From the NCBI GenBank assembly GCA_963665295.1, contig OY762209.1:1792001-1856000 (forward strand): a DNA stretch of 64,000 nt, written 5' to 3'. Position 1 is the first letter of the stretch. The number at the start of each line of letters is the position of its first letter. The DNA is from Syntrophorhabdaceae bacterium (GTDB lineage Bacteria; Desulfobacterota; Syntrophorhabdia; Syntrophorhabdales; Syntrophorhabdaceae). Under the pieces are notes generated by a model. That model did no database searches, had not been told where the DNA came from, and saw nothing but the letters and a program-made list of their open reading frames with translations. Below are positions 39,432 to 50,039 of the stretch, in pieces. A program made the translations under genes and the position numbers.

Positions 39432-42400
39432 ATGCTATCAAACTTTTTTCTCGATCGTCCTGTTTTTGCCTGGGTCATCGCCCTCATCCTGATGCTCACG
39501 GGCGGCCTCGCCATATACAACCTGCCCATCTCCCAGTATCCTCCTATCGCGCCCCCGTCCATCTACATCCAGGCTTTCTATCCCGGGGCCTCGGCGGAGA
39601 CGGTGGAGAACAGCGTGACCCAGATCATCGAACAGAAGATGACGGGTCTCGACAAGATGCTCTACCTGTCCTCCACCAGTGATTCGGCCGGCTCCGCCCG
39701 TACGGAACTGACCTTTGCGCCGGGGACCGATGCCGACCTCGCTTGGTCCAAGGTCCAGAACAAGCTCCAACTCGCCATGGCGAGCCTTCCCGAGGTGGTG
39801 CAGCGCCAGGGTGTCACGGTAGGGAAGGCCACGAGGAACTACCTGATGATCGTGGGTCTGATCTCGGAAGACGGGAGCATGGACGGCAACGATCTCAGGG
39901 ACTACGCCCAATCCAGTCTCGAAAAGGTGCTCGCAAGGGTGCCGGGCGTGGGTGAGGTGGAGAACTTCGGGTCCCAGTACGCCATGCGCGTCTGGCTCAA
40001 TCCCGACAAGCTGACCGACTATAAGCTTACCGTCGAAGACGTGGTGGCGGCCCTCAAAACCTACAACGTGGAAGTCTCTGCGGGCCAGTTCGGCGGCACC
40101 CCGGCGGTGGGGGGGCAGCGGCTGAATAACTCCATCATCGTCCAGAGCCTGCTCAAGACTCCCGCGGAGTTTGCCGCCATCCCCGTCCGTGTCAACCCCG
40201 ACGGCTCGATCGTGAAGGTCGGTGATGTGGGACGGGCCGAGCTTGGGACCGAGACGTACGATATCGACAGTGCATATAACGGCAAACCTTCTTCCGCCAT
40301 GGCGATCAGGCAGATGGCGGGCGCGAACGCCCTGGATACGGCCAACGCAGTGAAGACAAAACTGGCCGAAATGAGCAAGTATTTCCCCCCGGGGATGAAG
40401 GTCGTCTACCCCTATGACACCACTCCCTTTGTCAAAGTGGCTATTACCGAGGTCATCAAGACCTTGCTGGAAGCGATTTTGCTGGTTTTCCTCATCATGT
40501 GGCTCTTTATGGGGAACATCAGGGCCACCCTGATCCCCACCATCGCCGTGCCCGTAGTACTCCTCGGGACCTTTGCGGTGCTGGGATTCTTCGGCTTCTC
40601 CATCAACATGCTCACCATGTTTGCCATGGTGCTCGCCATAGGGCTCCTCGTGGACGACGCCATCGTGGTGGTGGAAAACGTGGAGCGGATCATGAGCGAG
40701 GAGGGGCTTTCACCTAAGGATGCGACCCGGAAGTCCATGGGCCAGATCACGAGCGCCCTTATCGGCATCGGGCTCGTGCTCTCGGCGGTTTTCGGTCCCA
40801 TGGCGTTCTTCGGAGGCTCAACAGGCGTCATCTATCGCCAGTTCTCCGTGACCATCATCGCCTCCATGCTTCTGTCCGTGCTGGTGGCGTTGATCCTTAC
40901 TCCGGTGCTCTGCGCGTCCCTCCTGAAGCCCGTTCCCGCGGGTCATGAACCTGCGGAAAATGCCATCTCTTTCCTGCGTCCCTTTTTCAGATGGTTCGAC
41001 CGCTCCTTCTTCCGGATCAGGGACAAGTATGTAAAGACAGTGGAACGCTCCTTTTCGAGGAAGCTGCGCTACTTCGTCATCTATATCCTCATCGTGGTGA
41101 CCGTGGGTATCCTCTTTACCCGTCTGCCCAAGGCCTACGTACCCGACGAAGACCAGGGAATACTCCTTTCCCAGGTAATGCTGCCCACGGGGGCCACCCT
41201 GGAGCAGACCCAGAAGGTCGTGGCCGACGTGGAGCGTCATTTTCTGGAAAATGAAAAGAAGACGGTGGAATCGGTCATGGCCATCTCCGGTATCGGCTTC
41301 TCCGGGAGGGCCCAGAACAATGGCATCCTCTTTATCAAACTGAAAGACTGGCACCTTCGGGGCCGGAAGGACCTGAGGGTGAAGGCGATTTCGGAGCGGG
41401 CCATGAAGGCCTTTTCCCAGATGCGCAGCAGCCTTACCTTTGCTTTCCCGCCGCCTTCCGTGATCGAACTGGGCATGGGTATCGGTTTCGACTTCCAACT
41501 GGTCGACCGGGGCGGGGTAGGTCACGAAAAACTGATGGCTGCCCGGAACCAACTCCTCGGCATGATTTCCAAAGACAAGCGTGTCGCAAAGGTCCGGCCC
41601 AATGGCATGGAAGATGTGCCCCAGTACCGGATCGACGTGGACTGGGGGAAGGCGGGCGCTCTCGGGGTGCCTATCTCCTCCATTCATAATACCATCTCCG
41701 AGGCCTTCGGCAGTGTTTATGTGAATAACTTTGTCCAGAACGGCCGGGTGAAAAGGGTCTACGCCCAGGGCGACGCCCCTTACCGGATGCTGCCCAAGGA
41801 CCTGGAAAAACTCTATGTCCGTAACAACGCGGGGAAGATGGTCCCCTTTTCCGCCCTTGCCTCCAGCCGCTGGACCACAGGCTCTCCGAGGCTCGAGCGT
41901 TTCAACGGTTTTCCTTCAATGAACATATGGGGAGAGCCTGCGCCGGGGAGAAGTTCCGGCGAAGCGATGCAGGCCATGGAAGAGATGGTGGGGAAATTGC
42001 CCCAGGGGATCGGCTTTGAATGGACGGGCCTTTCCTACCAGGAGCGTATGGCGAGTTCCCAGGCGCCCCTCCTCTATGCCTTTTCCATACTTGTAATCTT
42101 CCTCTGCGTGGCGGCCCTCTACGAGAGCTGGCCCATACCGCTGGCCAACATGCTCATGCTGCCCCTGGGCATATTCGGTGCGGCCTTCGCGACCTGGGCG
42201 CGGGGCATGCACAACGACGTCTATTTCCAGATCGGGTTCCTCACTACCCTCGGTCTCACCACAAAGAACGCCATCCTTATCATCCAGTTTGCAAGGGAGA
42301 GGATGGCCCGGGGAGAAGGGCTGATGGAAGCGACCCTCGGGGCCGCGCGGGTCCGGCTGCGGCCCGTTATCATGACGTCTCTCGCGTTCTTCTTCGGTGT

Positions 42401-42683
42401 TCTGCCTCTGGCTATGGCATCCGGCGCGGGGGCCGGCGCAATGAACGCCATCGGTACCGCTGTTACGGGCGGAATGCTCTCCGCCACATTTATCGACCTT
42501 TTCTACATTCCCCTGCTCTTTGTCCTCGTATCCCGCACGTTCACGCGGAAAGGGCCGAACGGGACGCTACCAAAAGGTTCCCCGCCTTCTTCAGTCGCCG
42601 GCCCTGATGCGCAGACTGCGGGCGCCCCCATGGGGACGGGGCCCGGGGTGGATCGCATTGCGCCTTCGGAGGTACACCCGTGA
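39432..42683 (+). CDS. acrB: HAE1 RND efflux permease
   Basis: DRPVFAWVI, GLLVDDAIVVVENVER, KNAILI, RLRPVIMTS. Confidence 0.95.
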   Translation: MLSNFFLDRPVFAWVIALILMLTGGLAIYNLPISQYPPIAPPSIYIQAFYPGASAETVENSVTQIIEQKMTGLDKMLYLSSTSDSAGSARTELTFAPGTDADLAWSKVQNKLQLAMASLPEVVQRQGVTVGKATRNYLMIVGLISEDGSMDGNDLRDYAQSSLEKVLARVPGVGEVENFGSQYAMRVWLNPDKLTDYKLTVEDVVAALKTYNVEVSAGQFGGTPAVGGQRLNNSIIVQSLLKTPAEFAAIPVRVNPDGSIVKVGDVGRAELGTETYDIDSAYNGKPSSAMAIRQMAGANALDTANAVKTKLAEMSKYFPPGMKVVYPYDTTPFVKVAITEVIKTLLEAILLVFLIMWLFMGNIRATLIPTIAVPVVLLGTFAVLGFFGFSINMLTMFAMVLAIGLLVDDAIVVVENVERIMSEEGLSPKDATRKSMGQITSALIGIGLVLSAVFGPMAFFGGSTGVIYRQFSVTIIASMLLSVLVALILTPVLCASLLKPVPAGHEPAENAISFLRPFFRWFDRSFFRIRDKYVKTVERSFSRKLRYFVIYILIVVTVGILFTRLPKAYVPDEDQGILLSQVMLPTGATLEQTQKVVADVERHFLENEKKTVESVMAISGIGFSGRAQNNGILFIKLKDWHLRGRKDLRVKAISERAMKAFSQMRSSLTFAFPPPSVIELGMGIGFDFQLVDRGGVGHEKLMAARNQLLGMISKDKRVAKVRPNGMEDVPQYRIDVDWGKAGALGVPISSIHNTISEAFGSVYVNNFVQNGRVKRVYAQGDAPYRMLPKDLEKLYVRNNAGKMVPFSALASSRWTTGSPRLERFNGFPSMNIWGEPAPGRSSGEAMQAMEEMVGKLPQGIGFEWTGLSYQERMASSQAPLLYAFSILVIFLCVAALYESWPIPLANMLMLPLGIFGAAFATWARGMHNDVYFQIGFLTTLGLTTKNAILIIQFARERMARGEGLMEATLGAARVRLRPVIMTSLAFFFGVLPLAMASGAGAGAMNAIGTAVTGGMLSATFIDLFYIPLLFVLVSRTFTRKGPNGTLPKGSPPSSVAGPDAQTAGAPMGTGPGVDRIAPSEVHP

Positions 42684-44128
42684 TGAAACGAAAAGCACTG
42701 CCCATCATCCTTATTGTTGCCTGCCTTGCCGGGTGTGTGAGCCTTGCCCCTGAGTACAAACGTCCGGCGCCGCCTGTCCCCGCAAACTGGCCGACGGGCG
42801 CTGCCTACAAGGGGCCTGCCGGCGGTGAAACCGGTCCGGCTGCCGTCGACATGGAATGGCGGAAGTTCTGCATTGATGAAAAGTTACGGAAGGTCATCGG
42901 CCTCGCCCTCGACAACAACCGTGATTTGCGGATGGCGGCCCTGAATATCGAAAGGGCCCAGGGCGTATACCAGATACAAAGGGCCGTTCTTTTCCCCCAG
43001 GTCAGCGCGTCGGCCGTCGGCAACGAACAACGCCTGCCCGCCGACCTATCGGCTCCGGGACTGTCGGCGACCGGAGTGCCCTTATCACCAAGCCCCACGG
43101 TGTCCCGCCAATACAGTGTCGGCCTGGGCGTCAACTCATATGAACTTGACCTTTTCGGCCGCGTGAGGAGCCTCAAGGACCAGGCCCTGGAACAGTTTTT
43201 CGCCACTGAAGAGGCCCGCCGGAGCGTGCAGATATCCCTTGTGGCCTCCGTGGCAAACGCATACCTGAGTCGCGCCGCCGACTATGAAAGCCTGAAAGTC
43301 AGCCGCGATACCCTCGAAAGCCAGGAGGCCTCGTACAAGATCATCGAGCGCAGGTTCTCCGTAGGCACTTCCTCACAGCTCGACCTTCGCCAGGCTCAAA
43401 CCCGTGTGGACGCGGCCCGGGTGGACATAGCCCTCTTTACCGCCCTGGTGGCCCAGGACGAGAACACCCTGACGTTTCTTGTCGGTTCGCCGGTTCCCGC
43501 TGAACTGCTGTCGGACGAGATGGGAGCGGACGCGGTCTTTGCGGACATAGCAGCCGGTGTCTCATCCGAGGTGCTCCTTCGCCGTCCCGACATCCTGCGG
43601 GCCGAGCATCAGCTCAAGGCTGCCAACGCGAACATAGGCGCGGCGAGAGCGGCCTTCTTCCCCACCATCCTTTTGACTACCAACGTGGGTACCATGAGCA
43701 GCCAGATGACGGGACTTTTCAGATACGGGCAGGACACGTGGGGTTTCGCCCCCCAGATAACGCTGCCTATCTTCGATGCCGGTTCACGATGGGCAAGTCT
43801 CAAGGTGGCAAAGGCTGATCAGGCCATATTCCTTGCCCAGTATGAGAAGGCCATTCAAACGGCTTTCCGGGAAGTGGCCGATGCCCTTGCCGTGCGTGGA
43901 ACCGTAGGGGACCAACTGACGGCGCAGGAGTCCATGGTCTATGCCTCCTCCGAGGCCTATCGCCTCTCCGACGCCCGCTATACAAAGGGAATCGACAATT
44001 ACCTGGGTGTTCTGGACTCGCAGCGGTCCCTCTACGCGGCCCGTCTCAGGCTCATAAACATCCGGTTCTCCCGGTTCGCGAACATGGTGAACCTGTACAA
44101 AGCGTTGGGCGGAGGCACGGGAGAGTAA
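42680..44128 (+). CDS. Efflux outer membrane lipoprotein (NodT/OprM)
   Basis: LAGC lipobox, YELDLFGR, RRPDI, LYKALGGG. Confidence 0.93.
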   Translation: MMKRKALPIILIVACLAGCVSLAPEYKRPAPPVPANWPTGAAYKGPAGGETGPAAVDMEWRKFCIDEKLRKVIGLALDNNRDLRMAALNIERAQGVYQIQRAVLFPQVSASAVGNEQRLPADLSAPGLSATGVPLSPSPTVSRQYSVGLGVNSYELDLFGRVRSLKDQALEQFFATEEARRSVQISLVASVANAYLSRAADYESLKVSRDTLESQEASYKIIERRFSVGTSSQLDLRQAQTRVDAARVDIALFTALVAQDENTLTFLVGSPVPAELLSDEMGADAVFADIAAGVSSEVLLRRPDILRAEHQLKAANANIGAARAAFFPTILLTTNVGTMSSQMTGLFRYGQDTWGFAPQITLPIFDAGSRWASLKVAKADQAIFLAQYEKAIQTAFREVADALAVRGTVGDQLTAQESMVYASSEAYRLSDARYTKGIDNYLGVLDSQRSLYAARLRLINIRFSRFANMVNLYKALGGGTGE

Positions 44129-44394
44129 ACGGGCGAAAAGGTCATGGCCAAGAAAGGCGTTGAGCCGGCCTCCGGACATTTGGCGTAAGTTGACTTTACA
44201 CATTCTCGTACCGGAAGATATGTATGATTACAGATAGGTGGTATATACAGCGCAGACTCACGGCTGTCTGACAGGACATCTTAAACAGCCTGAAATAACC
44301 GTGCACGCCGGGCCCCGCCGATCCGGGCCCTTATGGCCCGATTGGGCGCGTTAATTGCTTGCAAATCCAAGGGCGTGCTATTAGAATAGAACTT

Positions 44395-45165
44395 ATGGAC
44401 GAACTACTGGAATTTGCGGTCAACTGCGCTTTCGAATCGGGACGGATTCAGCGGGAATATTACGGAAAGGGGTTCGATATACGCCACAAAGGGGAGAAGA
44501 ACCTCGTCACCGACGTGGACGTGGCGTGTCAGAACCGGATTATCGAGCTTATTAAAGGGAGCTTCCCCGACGATGAGGTGATTGCGGAGGAGAAGACAAA
44601 CTATTACGGCGGGAAGAAGAACCGGTGGATCGTGGATCCCCTTGACGGCACGACGAACTATGCCCACGCGTACCCTTTCTTCTGCACCTCCATCGCCTAC
44701 GAGGAGCGGGGCGAGGTCACTCTGGGCGTGGTATACAACCCCATCTTTCGCGAGCTGTTCTTTGCGAGAAAGGGTAAAGGCGCGTTCCTGAACGGCGACC
44801 CCATAAGGGTCTCCGGGGTGACGGACCTCAAGCAGGCCTTGCTCGCTACGGGCTTTCCCTACGACCTTGCCACGAACCCCCGTAACAATATCGACCAGTT
44901 CGTGCGCTTCCTCTACGAGTCTCAGGCAGTGAGAAGGGACGGCTCGGCGGCCCTCAATCTGAGCTACCTCGCGTGCGGGAGGTTTGACGGTTTCTGGGAG
45001 CTGAAGCTCAACCCGTGGGACGTGGCGGCAGGGGCCCTCATGGTCCGTGAAGCGGGCGGTCTTATCACGGACTTCAAGGGCGGGGAATACAGCATCTATT
45101 CCGACGAGATACTTGCTTCCAACGGACATGTCCATCAAAAAATGCGGGACGTACTGGGAGGTTGA
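44395..45165 (+). CDS. suhB: Inositol monophosphatase
   Basis: WIVDPLDGTTNY, RRDGSAAL, WDVAAG. Confidence 0.9.
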   Translation: MDELLEFAVNCAFESGRIQREYYGKGFDIRHKGEKNLVTDVDVACQNRIIELIKGSFPDDEVIAEEKTNYYGGKKNRWIVDPLDGTTNYAHAYPFFCTSIAYEERGEVTLGVVYNPIFRELFFARKGKGAFLNGDPIRVSGVTDLKQALLATGFPYDLATNPRNNIDQFVRFLYESQAVRRDGSAALNLSYLACGRFDGFWELKLNPWDVAAGALMVREAGGLITDFKGGEYSIYSDEILASNGHVHQKMRDVLGG

Positions 45166-45617
45166 TTGTGAAGGAATATGCCCTCGACGACATCAGGCAC
45201 ATCGTGAGGCCGCAACTGGGGAACGACATTCCCCTGGTCCTCTACAGGTCGCTCAGGATCATCGGCATGAGGCAGATCCTGGGAGACGCTTCCGGCGCAA
45301 CTCTCTACATGATCGGCAAGCAGATCGGGACCATGTTCGAAGCCCATGACGCGGACGAGTTCACGCAACGCATCATCGATCTGAAGGTGGGTATTCCCGA
45401 ACTTACGACCATAGATGAGGACCACGTGACGGTCAAGCTTTACGAGTGTATTACCTGTGCAGGCTTTACCTATACGGGAGAGATGTTCTGCGACATGGAA
45501 AGCGGCATCATCGCGGGCCTTCTCGAACACGTGTACGGGAAAAAAGCGAGGTCCACCCAGACCAAGAGCTGGTCCATGGGCTACAATTTCTGTGAGTTCG
45601 AGGTGCTCCTTTACTGA
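45162..45617 (+). CDS. V4R-domain protein
   Basis: YECITCAG...FCDMESGIIAG. Confidence 0.8.
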   Translation: MIVKEYALDDIRHIVRPQLGNDIPLVLYRSLRIIGMRQILGDASGATLYMIGKQIGTMFEAHDADEFTQRIIDLKVGIPELTTIDEDHVTVKLYECITCAGFTYTGEMFCDMESGIIAGLLEHVYGKKARSTQTKSWSMGYNFCEFEVLLY

Positions 45618-46495
45618 TGCCTGAGGATACGGGGTCATTGCAAAGGCGGGAGAAGGAACTTGAAATGGAACTCGAGGAGACGAAAAGTCTCTCCCAGGCA
45701 AGGAGCAAGCTTCTTGAAGCCAACATAGGCGAACTCAACGAAGTCTACATCATCCTGAACGAGAAGATCAAAGACCTGAGGCGCAAGGATGCGCGGATCA
45801 AGGGCTTTGAAGAAGAACTGACGAGGGCGAACAAGCTCTCGGCACTCGGAGAGATGGCATCCTCCATCGCCCATGAGATAAAAAACCCCCTTATCTCCAT
45901 TCAGGGCTTTGCGAAGAGGATCGAACGCACGGACGACCCTGCCAATATCGAACGCTATGCGAAACTGATAGACGGGGAGGCGGAACGTCTTTCGAAGGTC
46001 CTCGCGAAGCTTCTCGATTTTTCGAGGATGGACGAGCCGAAGAAGGAGCCGGTGCGCCCCGACGAGATCGTGGACGATACGGTCCTTTTCATGGAACACC
46101 ATCTCACGCGGTTCAAACAGGTGACCCTGGCTCTTGAGAAAGAAGAAGGGCTGCCCATGATCACCGTGGAAAAGATACATATCCAGCAGGCCCTCATCAA
46201 CATTATCCTCAACGCGGCCCAGGCCATGCCTGACGGGGGAACCATCACCATACGCACAGGACACATTGACGGATACGTCGCCCTTGCCGTGTCCGACGAA
46301 GGCCCCGGCATAAGTGAAGAGTACCGGGAGAAGATCTTCGAGCCCTTCTTTACCACCAAGGCGAAAGGCGAGGGAACAGGCCTCGGTCTCTCCTTGAGCA
46401 AGAGGCTGGTGGAAGCGAACGGTGGAAAGCTGGAAGTGGCAAACAACCCCGTAAAAGGCTGCACCTTCACCATCTACCTGCCGATAGACGCCTGA
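45617..46495 (+). CDS. Cytoplasmic sensor histidine kinase
   Basis: IAHEIKNPL, NAAQA, DEGPG, FFTTK, GTGLGL. Confidence 0.93.
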   Translation: MPEDTGSLQRREKELEMELEETKSLSQARSKLLEANIGELNEVYIILNEKIKDLRRKDARIKGFEEELTRANKLSALGEMASSIAHEIKNPLISIQGFAKRIERTDDPANIERYAKLIDGEAERLSKVLAKLLDFSRMDEPKKEPVRPDEIVDDTVLFMEHHLTRFKQVTLALEKEEGLPMITVEKIHIQQALINIILNAAQAMPDGGTITIRTGHIDGYVALAVSDEGPGISEEYREKIFEPFFTTKAKGEGTGLGLSLSKRLVEANGGKLEVANNPVKGCTFTIYLPIDA

Positions 46496-46499
46496 GAAG

Positions 46500-46644
46500 C
46501 AAAGGCTGTCTTCTTCCGGCCAAAGGCTGTCTTCTTCCGCATCTCTTCGTTGCCTGCGGCGTCAGTCGTCCTCGACGTACTTGAAGTACGCCTGCGGGGA
46601 CTGACGCCTTGTCGCCTCGACCTGCGAAAGAATACAGCCTTTGG
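46500..46644. repeat. REP/MITE-like nested palindrome with a 19-bp tandem duplication
   Basis: CCAAAGGCTGT/ACAGCCTTTGG, GGCGTCAGTC/GACTGACGCC, CGTAC/GTACG; CAAAGGCTGTCTTCTTCCG x2. Confidence 0.7.
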
Positions 46645-47210
46645 CGGCCATTTCTTGAACATTATTCACTGAACAGGAACGTCAATACTCCCCCACGAGT
46701 CTGTTCAAGCCCCGCCTGTCCCGGCATAAGAGACGATAACAAATGGGGCAGGAGCTGCCAACTGAACTATTGATTCCTGAGAAGTAACCCATTTTGCGGA
46801 TATTGCCGGAAAACTCCGCCTGTAACGTGCCGTAAATACTAGGCAAAGTATTTGCTTCAGCACTCATTATCTTGGAAATGGCACTTACTTCTCCGGAATC
46901 ACTATTGAAGGATGTCCCCACGCCTTCTGCATGACATGGCGAATAGCTCCGGGGGCATCTATACGGCTTTTCCTCGGCATGGGCATAGAGTGGCACAGAA
47001 TATCGGTAAGGTCAACATTGCCAGAGCCCCCCTATTACCCTAAGATCCGGAATACCAGCGCATGATGGCCACTCTTCTTGTTCTCCTTGCGTTAATCGGA
47101 AGACGCTGCGTTTACACCGGCGACCATCCCATTTGAGAAAAGATGGCCAAAAAAGTATCTCGACAATCTCAGTCGCCACGACGTGGCGGTGATCCCTGCG
47201 AGAAATATTC

Positions 47211-48938
47211 CTATGTTGCCATAGAGGCTGTGACCGCCTTGTAGGCTTCATAATACTTGAGCGCGGCAGCGCTCCAAGTGAAGGTCTCGGCCTTCTTGAA
47301 CCCGTTAATGACCAGTTCATAATACTCATCGGGACGTTCTTGATAGAGGCGGACTGCCTCTCGCATAGACTGGTGCAGAGCCCCTACCATGGTGGAAGCC
47401 CATTGATTTCGCTTTCTTGTCTGGGCAAAATAGCTTGACCCGACAAATTCTCTGATATTGTTCAAAGTATAGTCTGAACCATCTTCCCTGTACGATATAC
47501 CGCACCTGTCATCAATCTGGTCTACCAGCCCGCCCGTTGCCCTCGCTATGTTGACTGTGCCATTAGCCATGTACTCGACGGCAGCGCCGAATGGCTCATA
47601 GATTGAGGGCATAACGCCGAATGTACTCCCTAACTGCAGTTCCATGAACCCCTCTTTCATCCTGGTTGGAAAGACCGTGAGATTCCCTTTGCGCTTACAG
47701 GCGACTTCATAGAAGAAGTCCAAATCCGACATTCTGACGGGCATGGGAGTCATAACCACCTTGATTTCATCAGCCTCAAATTCCTCTATAGCTTGGAGCA
47801 GGATATCATAACCTTTTTGGTTGGGATCCAAGCGGCCGCTCATAACGAAAATGGGGATATTGTCCGGCAAATCCGTTATGGGACCATCCCTGTAAGAGAG
47901 TTCACCAAAACGCTCCCTTGGTCTATATTGGCCTAGAATCTCCAGTAAAGCCCTTCTGTTTCTCAGCTTGACTTCCCTCACCTCGGAAATCGTGTGTTCG
48001 TGTCTCTTGGGAAATTCAGGAGAGAAATCGACAAACATCCCATTGTTAACACCGAAGACGCCACCATGGTTGAATATGTCTTGGAGATGGGGCGCAAAAT
48101 GCTTCGTCTGCAATATGTCGGAGACGAACTCCCGTGCGAAGTTCTCGCTCACCGTCGTGATGGGGCCATCGACCAAGCCAAGCCCGATCTGATAGGCGGT
48201 CAGCCCTTTGCCCATATCAAAATTTCTGCGTCTCCACCCGTCAAAGACTCCTTCCGAAAGTTCTTTTTCTGAAAAGAAGGAATCGTAAGGGTTGTGCATC
48301 GTTTGAACGGTCGCGCAGGATCTCAACGTACCTTCGAGAACCGCCTCTTTCGATGTGAGCGCTATGAGTGCTGTTTGCCATTCCTGAAGATGAAATACAA
48401 TGTTTGCCGTAATACCTAGGGCTTTCATTGCGAAGGGTACGGCACAGCAGAAGAAGAGACTGTTTTCTCTCAGCAGAGTCTCGTTCCTCTCTTGGTTGCC
48501 TTCATCGTAAATGTAAGGATCTTTTGACGCACCAAAAAAGCCGTCTCCCCCTATGTAGTATTCAACTAATTTGCCTGCTCCGGGTTTATCATAGATGAGG
48601 GTATATTCATAAAGTGTAGCCCTTACCGAGCGACCTGCGTAAGGCACATCAAAAGAGATGTTTGACGGCTTCAACTCGGACATTTTCACCAGCTTTGGGT
48701 ATAGCGGAGTAAGCAGACATACAAAAGGGATTTTGTTCACCTCCTTAAGGTATGGAAGGACATTTGCAGCCACCGCAGCCAGCCCGCCGCTTTTCGCAAA
48801 TCGGTTCTCGAAAGAACAATAAACGACGTTTGCGATCTCCATCTCGCCGAGACTTTTCTCGAGCGCCTCAATTTCGTCCGGTGCAAAAAAGGTGCTCACC
48901 AGCCGCCAGTCTCTTCGCCACTCTGATGTATCCATCAC
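47211..48938 (-). CDS. Divergent glycogen/starch synthase-like glycosyltransferase (GT5)
   Basis: KSGGL, FHLQEWQT, GRLDPNQKG, PSIYEPFG, ATGGLVD. Confidence 0.85.
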   Translation of the reverse strand: MMDTSEWRRDWRLVSTFFAPDEIEALEKSLGEMEIANVVYCSFENRFAKSGGLAAVAANVLPYLKEVNKIPFVCLLTPLYPKLVKMSELKPSNISFDVPYAGRSVRATLYEYTLIYDKPGAGKLVEYYIGGDGFFGASKDPYIYDEGNQERNETLLRENSLFFCCAVPFAMKALGITANIVFHLQEWQTALIALTSKEAVLEGTLRSCATVQTMHNPYDSFFSEKELSEGVFDGWRRRNFDMGKGLTAYQIGLGLVDGPITTVSENFAREFVSDILQTKHFAPHLQDIFNHGGVFGVNNGMFVDFSPEFPKRHEHTISEVREVKLRNRRALLEILGQYRPRERFGELSYRDGPITDLPDNIPIFVMSGRLDPNQKGYDILLQAIEEFEADEIKVVMTPMPVRMSDLDFFYEVACKRKGNLTVFPTRMKEGFMELQLGSTFGVMPSIYEPFGAAVEYMANGTVNIARATGGLVDQIDDRCGISYREDGSDYTLNNIREFVGSSYFAQTRKRNQWASTMVGALHQSMREAVRLYQERPDEYYELVINGFKKAETFTWSAAALKYYEAYKAVTASMAT

Positions 48939-49723
48939 TTCCCCCCTTTTCGAATGGATATTGTTTTCTTCGCGAACATTTTTTTGATATCATCGTCAAC
49001 AACAAGCACCCACTTGGTTCTTTCGCTCTCAATGAAAGGGTCAATATGGGAATAGTGTGCGGAGCGTAAGGCAGTATACAGGAAGTAACAGGTCGAAGCC
49101 GCCAGAACTGCTGCACCCAATAGATTCGGAGTATCCAGCAACCCGAAAAAGCGAAACACATCATGTGTTACCAATGTGAGCCGGTCCCCGATCTTCTTCA
49201 AATTCAGCCCTACCAGAAAGGCCCATGCCATGACAACCAGACAGATATGGAGTGACCACAAGGCTGGATAGGATCCTTTATTTATGTGTGAGTTCGGAAT
49301 AGCCATCGGGTCGTTGCCATTATTGATCCGACTCGCTGCCTCTTCCCCTTCGTGCTGCTCCCATATCCGGTATTCCCTCAATGCGTTTTCCCATCCGATC
49401 CATTTATCCTTGTAGGATCCTTCATGAAATATCTGAAGGTATGCTATAATGCGGGCGTCACTTTCCAGTCGATGCACGGTAAATTTTAGATTATAAGAGA
49501 AGAGAAAGATCAAAACCGCTACAAGTATACTCGTGCTTAAGAAATTACCTTGGTCAAATACCTTTGCGGATGCCGCGACAATCGCAAGTATCACGACTGT
49601 TCTCTCGAATACATAACTTCGATTCCTTCTGTGCTCTTCCAAAAGAGCCTTATACTCTTCCAGTTGAACGCGGGACTGATCAGGCATAGTTAATTGCTTC
49701 CCAGACTGTAATAGGGGGTTCAC
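48935..49723 (-). CDS. Hypothetical multi-TM membrane protein
   Basis: About 4 hydrophobic segments; stop overlaps the GT5 start. Confidence 0.65.
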   Translation of the reverse strand: MNPLLQSGKQLTMPDQSRVQLEEYKALLEEHRRNRSYVFERTVVILAIVAASAKVFDQGNFLSTSILVAVLIFLFSYNLKFTVHRLESDARIIAYLQIFHEGSYKDKWIGWENALREYRIWEQHEGEEAASRINNGNDPMAIPNSHINKGSYPALWSLHICLVVMAWAFLVGLNLKKIGDRLTLVTHDVFRFFGLLDTPNLLGAAVLAASTCYFLYTALRSAHYSHIDPFIESERTKWVLVVDDDIKKMFAKKTISIRKGGK

Positions 49724-49882
49724 GTGTCATTCCTATATATCCATTATCGACCAATTCTGCTCATTATTTCAACCTAAAACTACGTCTATGCATAATCCGC
49801 AGTCGCCACGTTGGTAATGGGTGCTGATAAGGACGCGTTATGTAAACTGGAGGGGGAGAGTGAGGAAAGAGGGGGGGTAATA

Positions 49883-50016
49883 GGGGAGGCTCGTCCGGCT
49901 TTTGCCGGTCGAGGGGGCGACGTGAGCCCTTAGGTCCAAGTGCCACCCAGCACGCACGGCGTGCGAGAGGGGGAGGCTCGTCCGGCTTTTGCCGGTCGAG
50001 GGGGCGACGTGAGCCC
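49883..50016. repeat. Two identical 47-bp direct repeats with an internal hairpin, 40-bp spacer
   Basis: GGGGAGGCTCGTCCGGCTTTTGCCGGTCGAGGGGGCGACGTGAGCCC at 49883-49929 and 49970-50016. Confidence 0.85.
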
Positions 50017-50039
50017 CTTTAATAAGCTGCAATGCCCCT

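Noticed and set aside
37349..39562. Long antisense ORFs (also 1357-2520, 2280-3692, 10912-12327, 54007-55740)
   Set aside because: Shadows of well-supported genes on the opposite strand in GC-rich DNA; no motifs
46682..46996. 104-aa ORF in the islet
   Set aside because: No clear start, RBS or recognisable domain; possibly a decayed exported-protein gene
49883..50016. Mini CRISPR array
   Set aside because: Only two repeats, a structured spacer and no cas genes in the window
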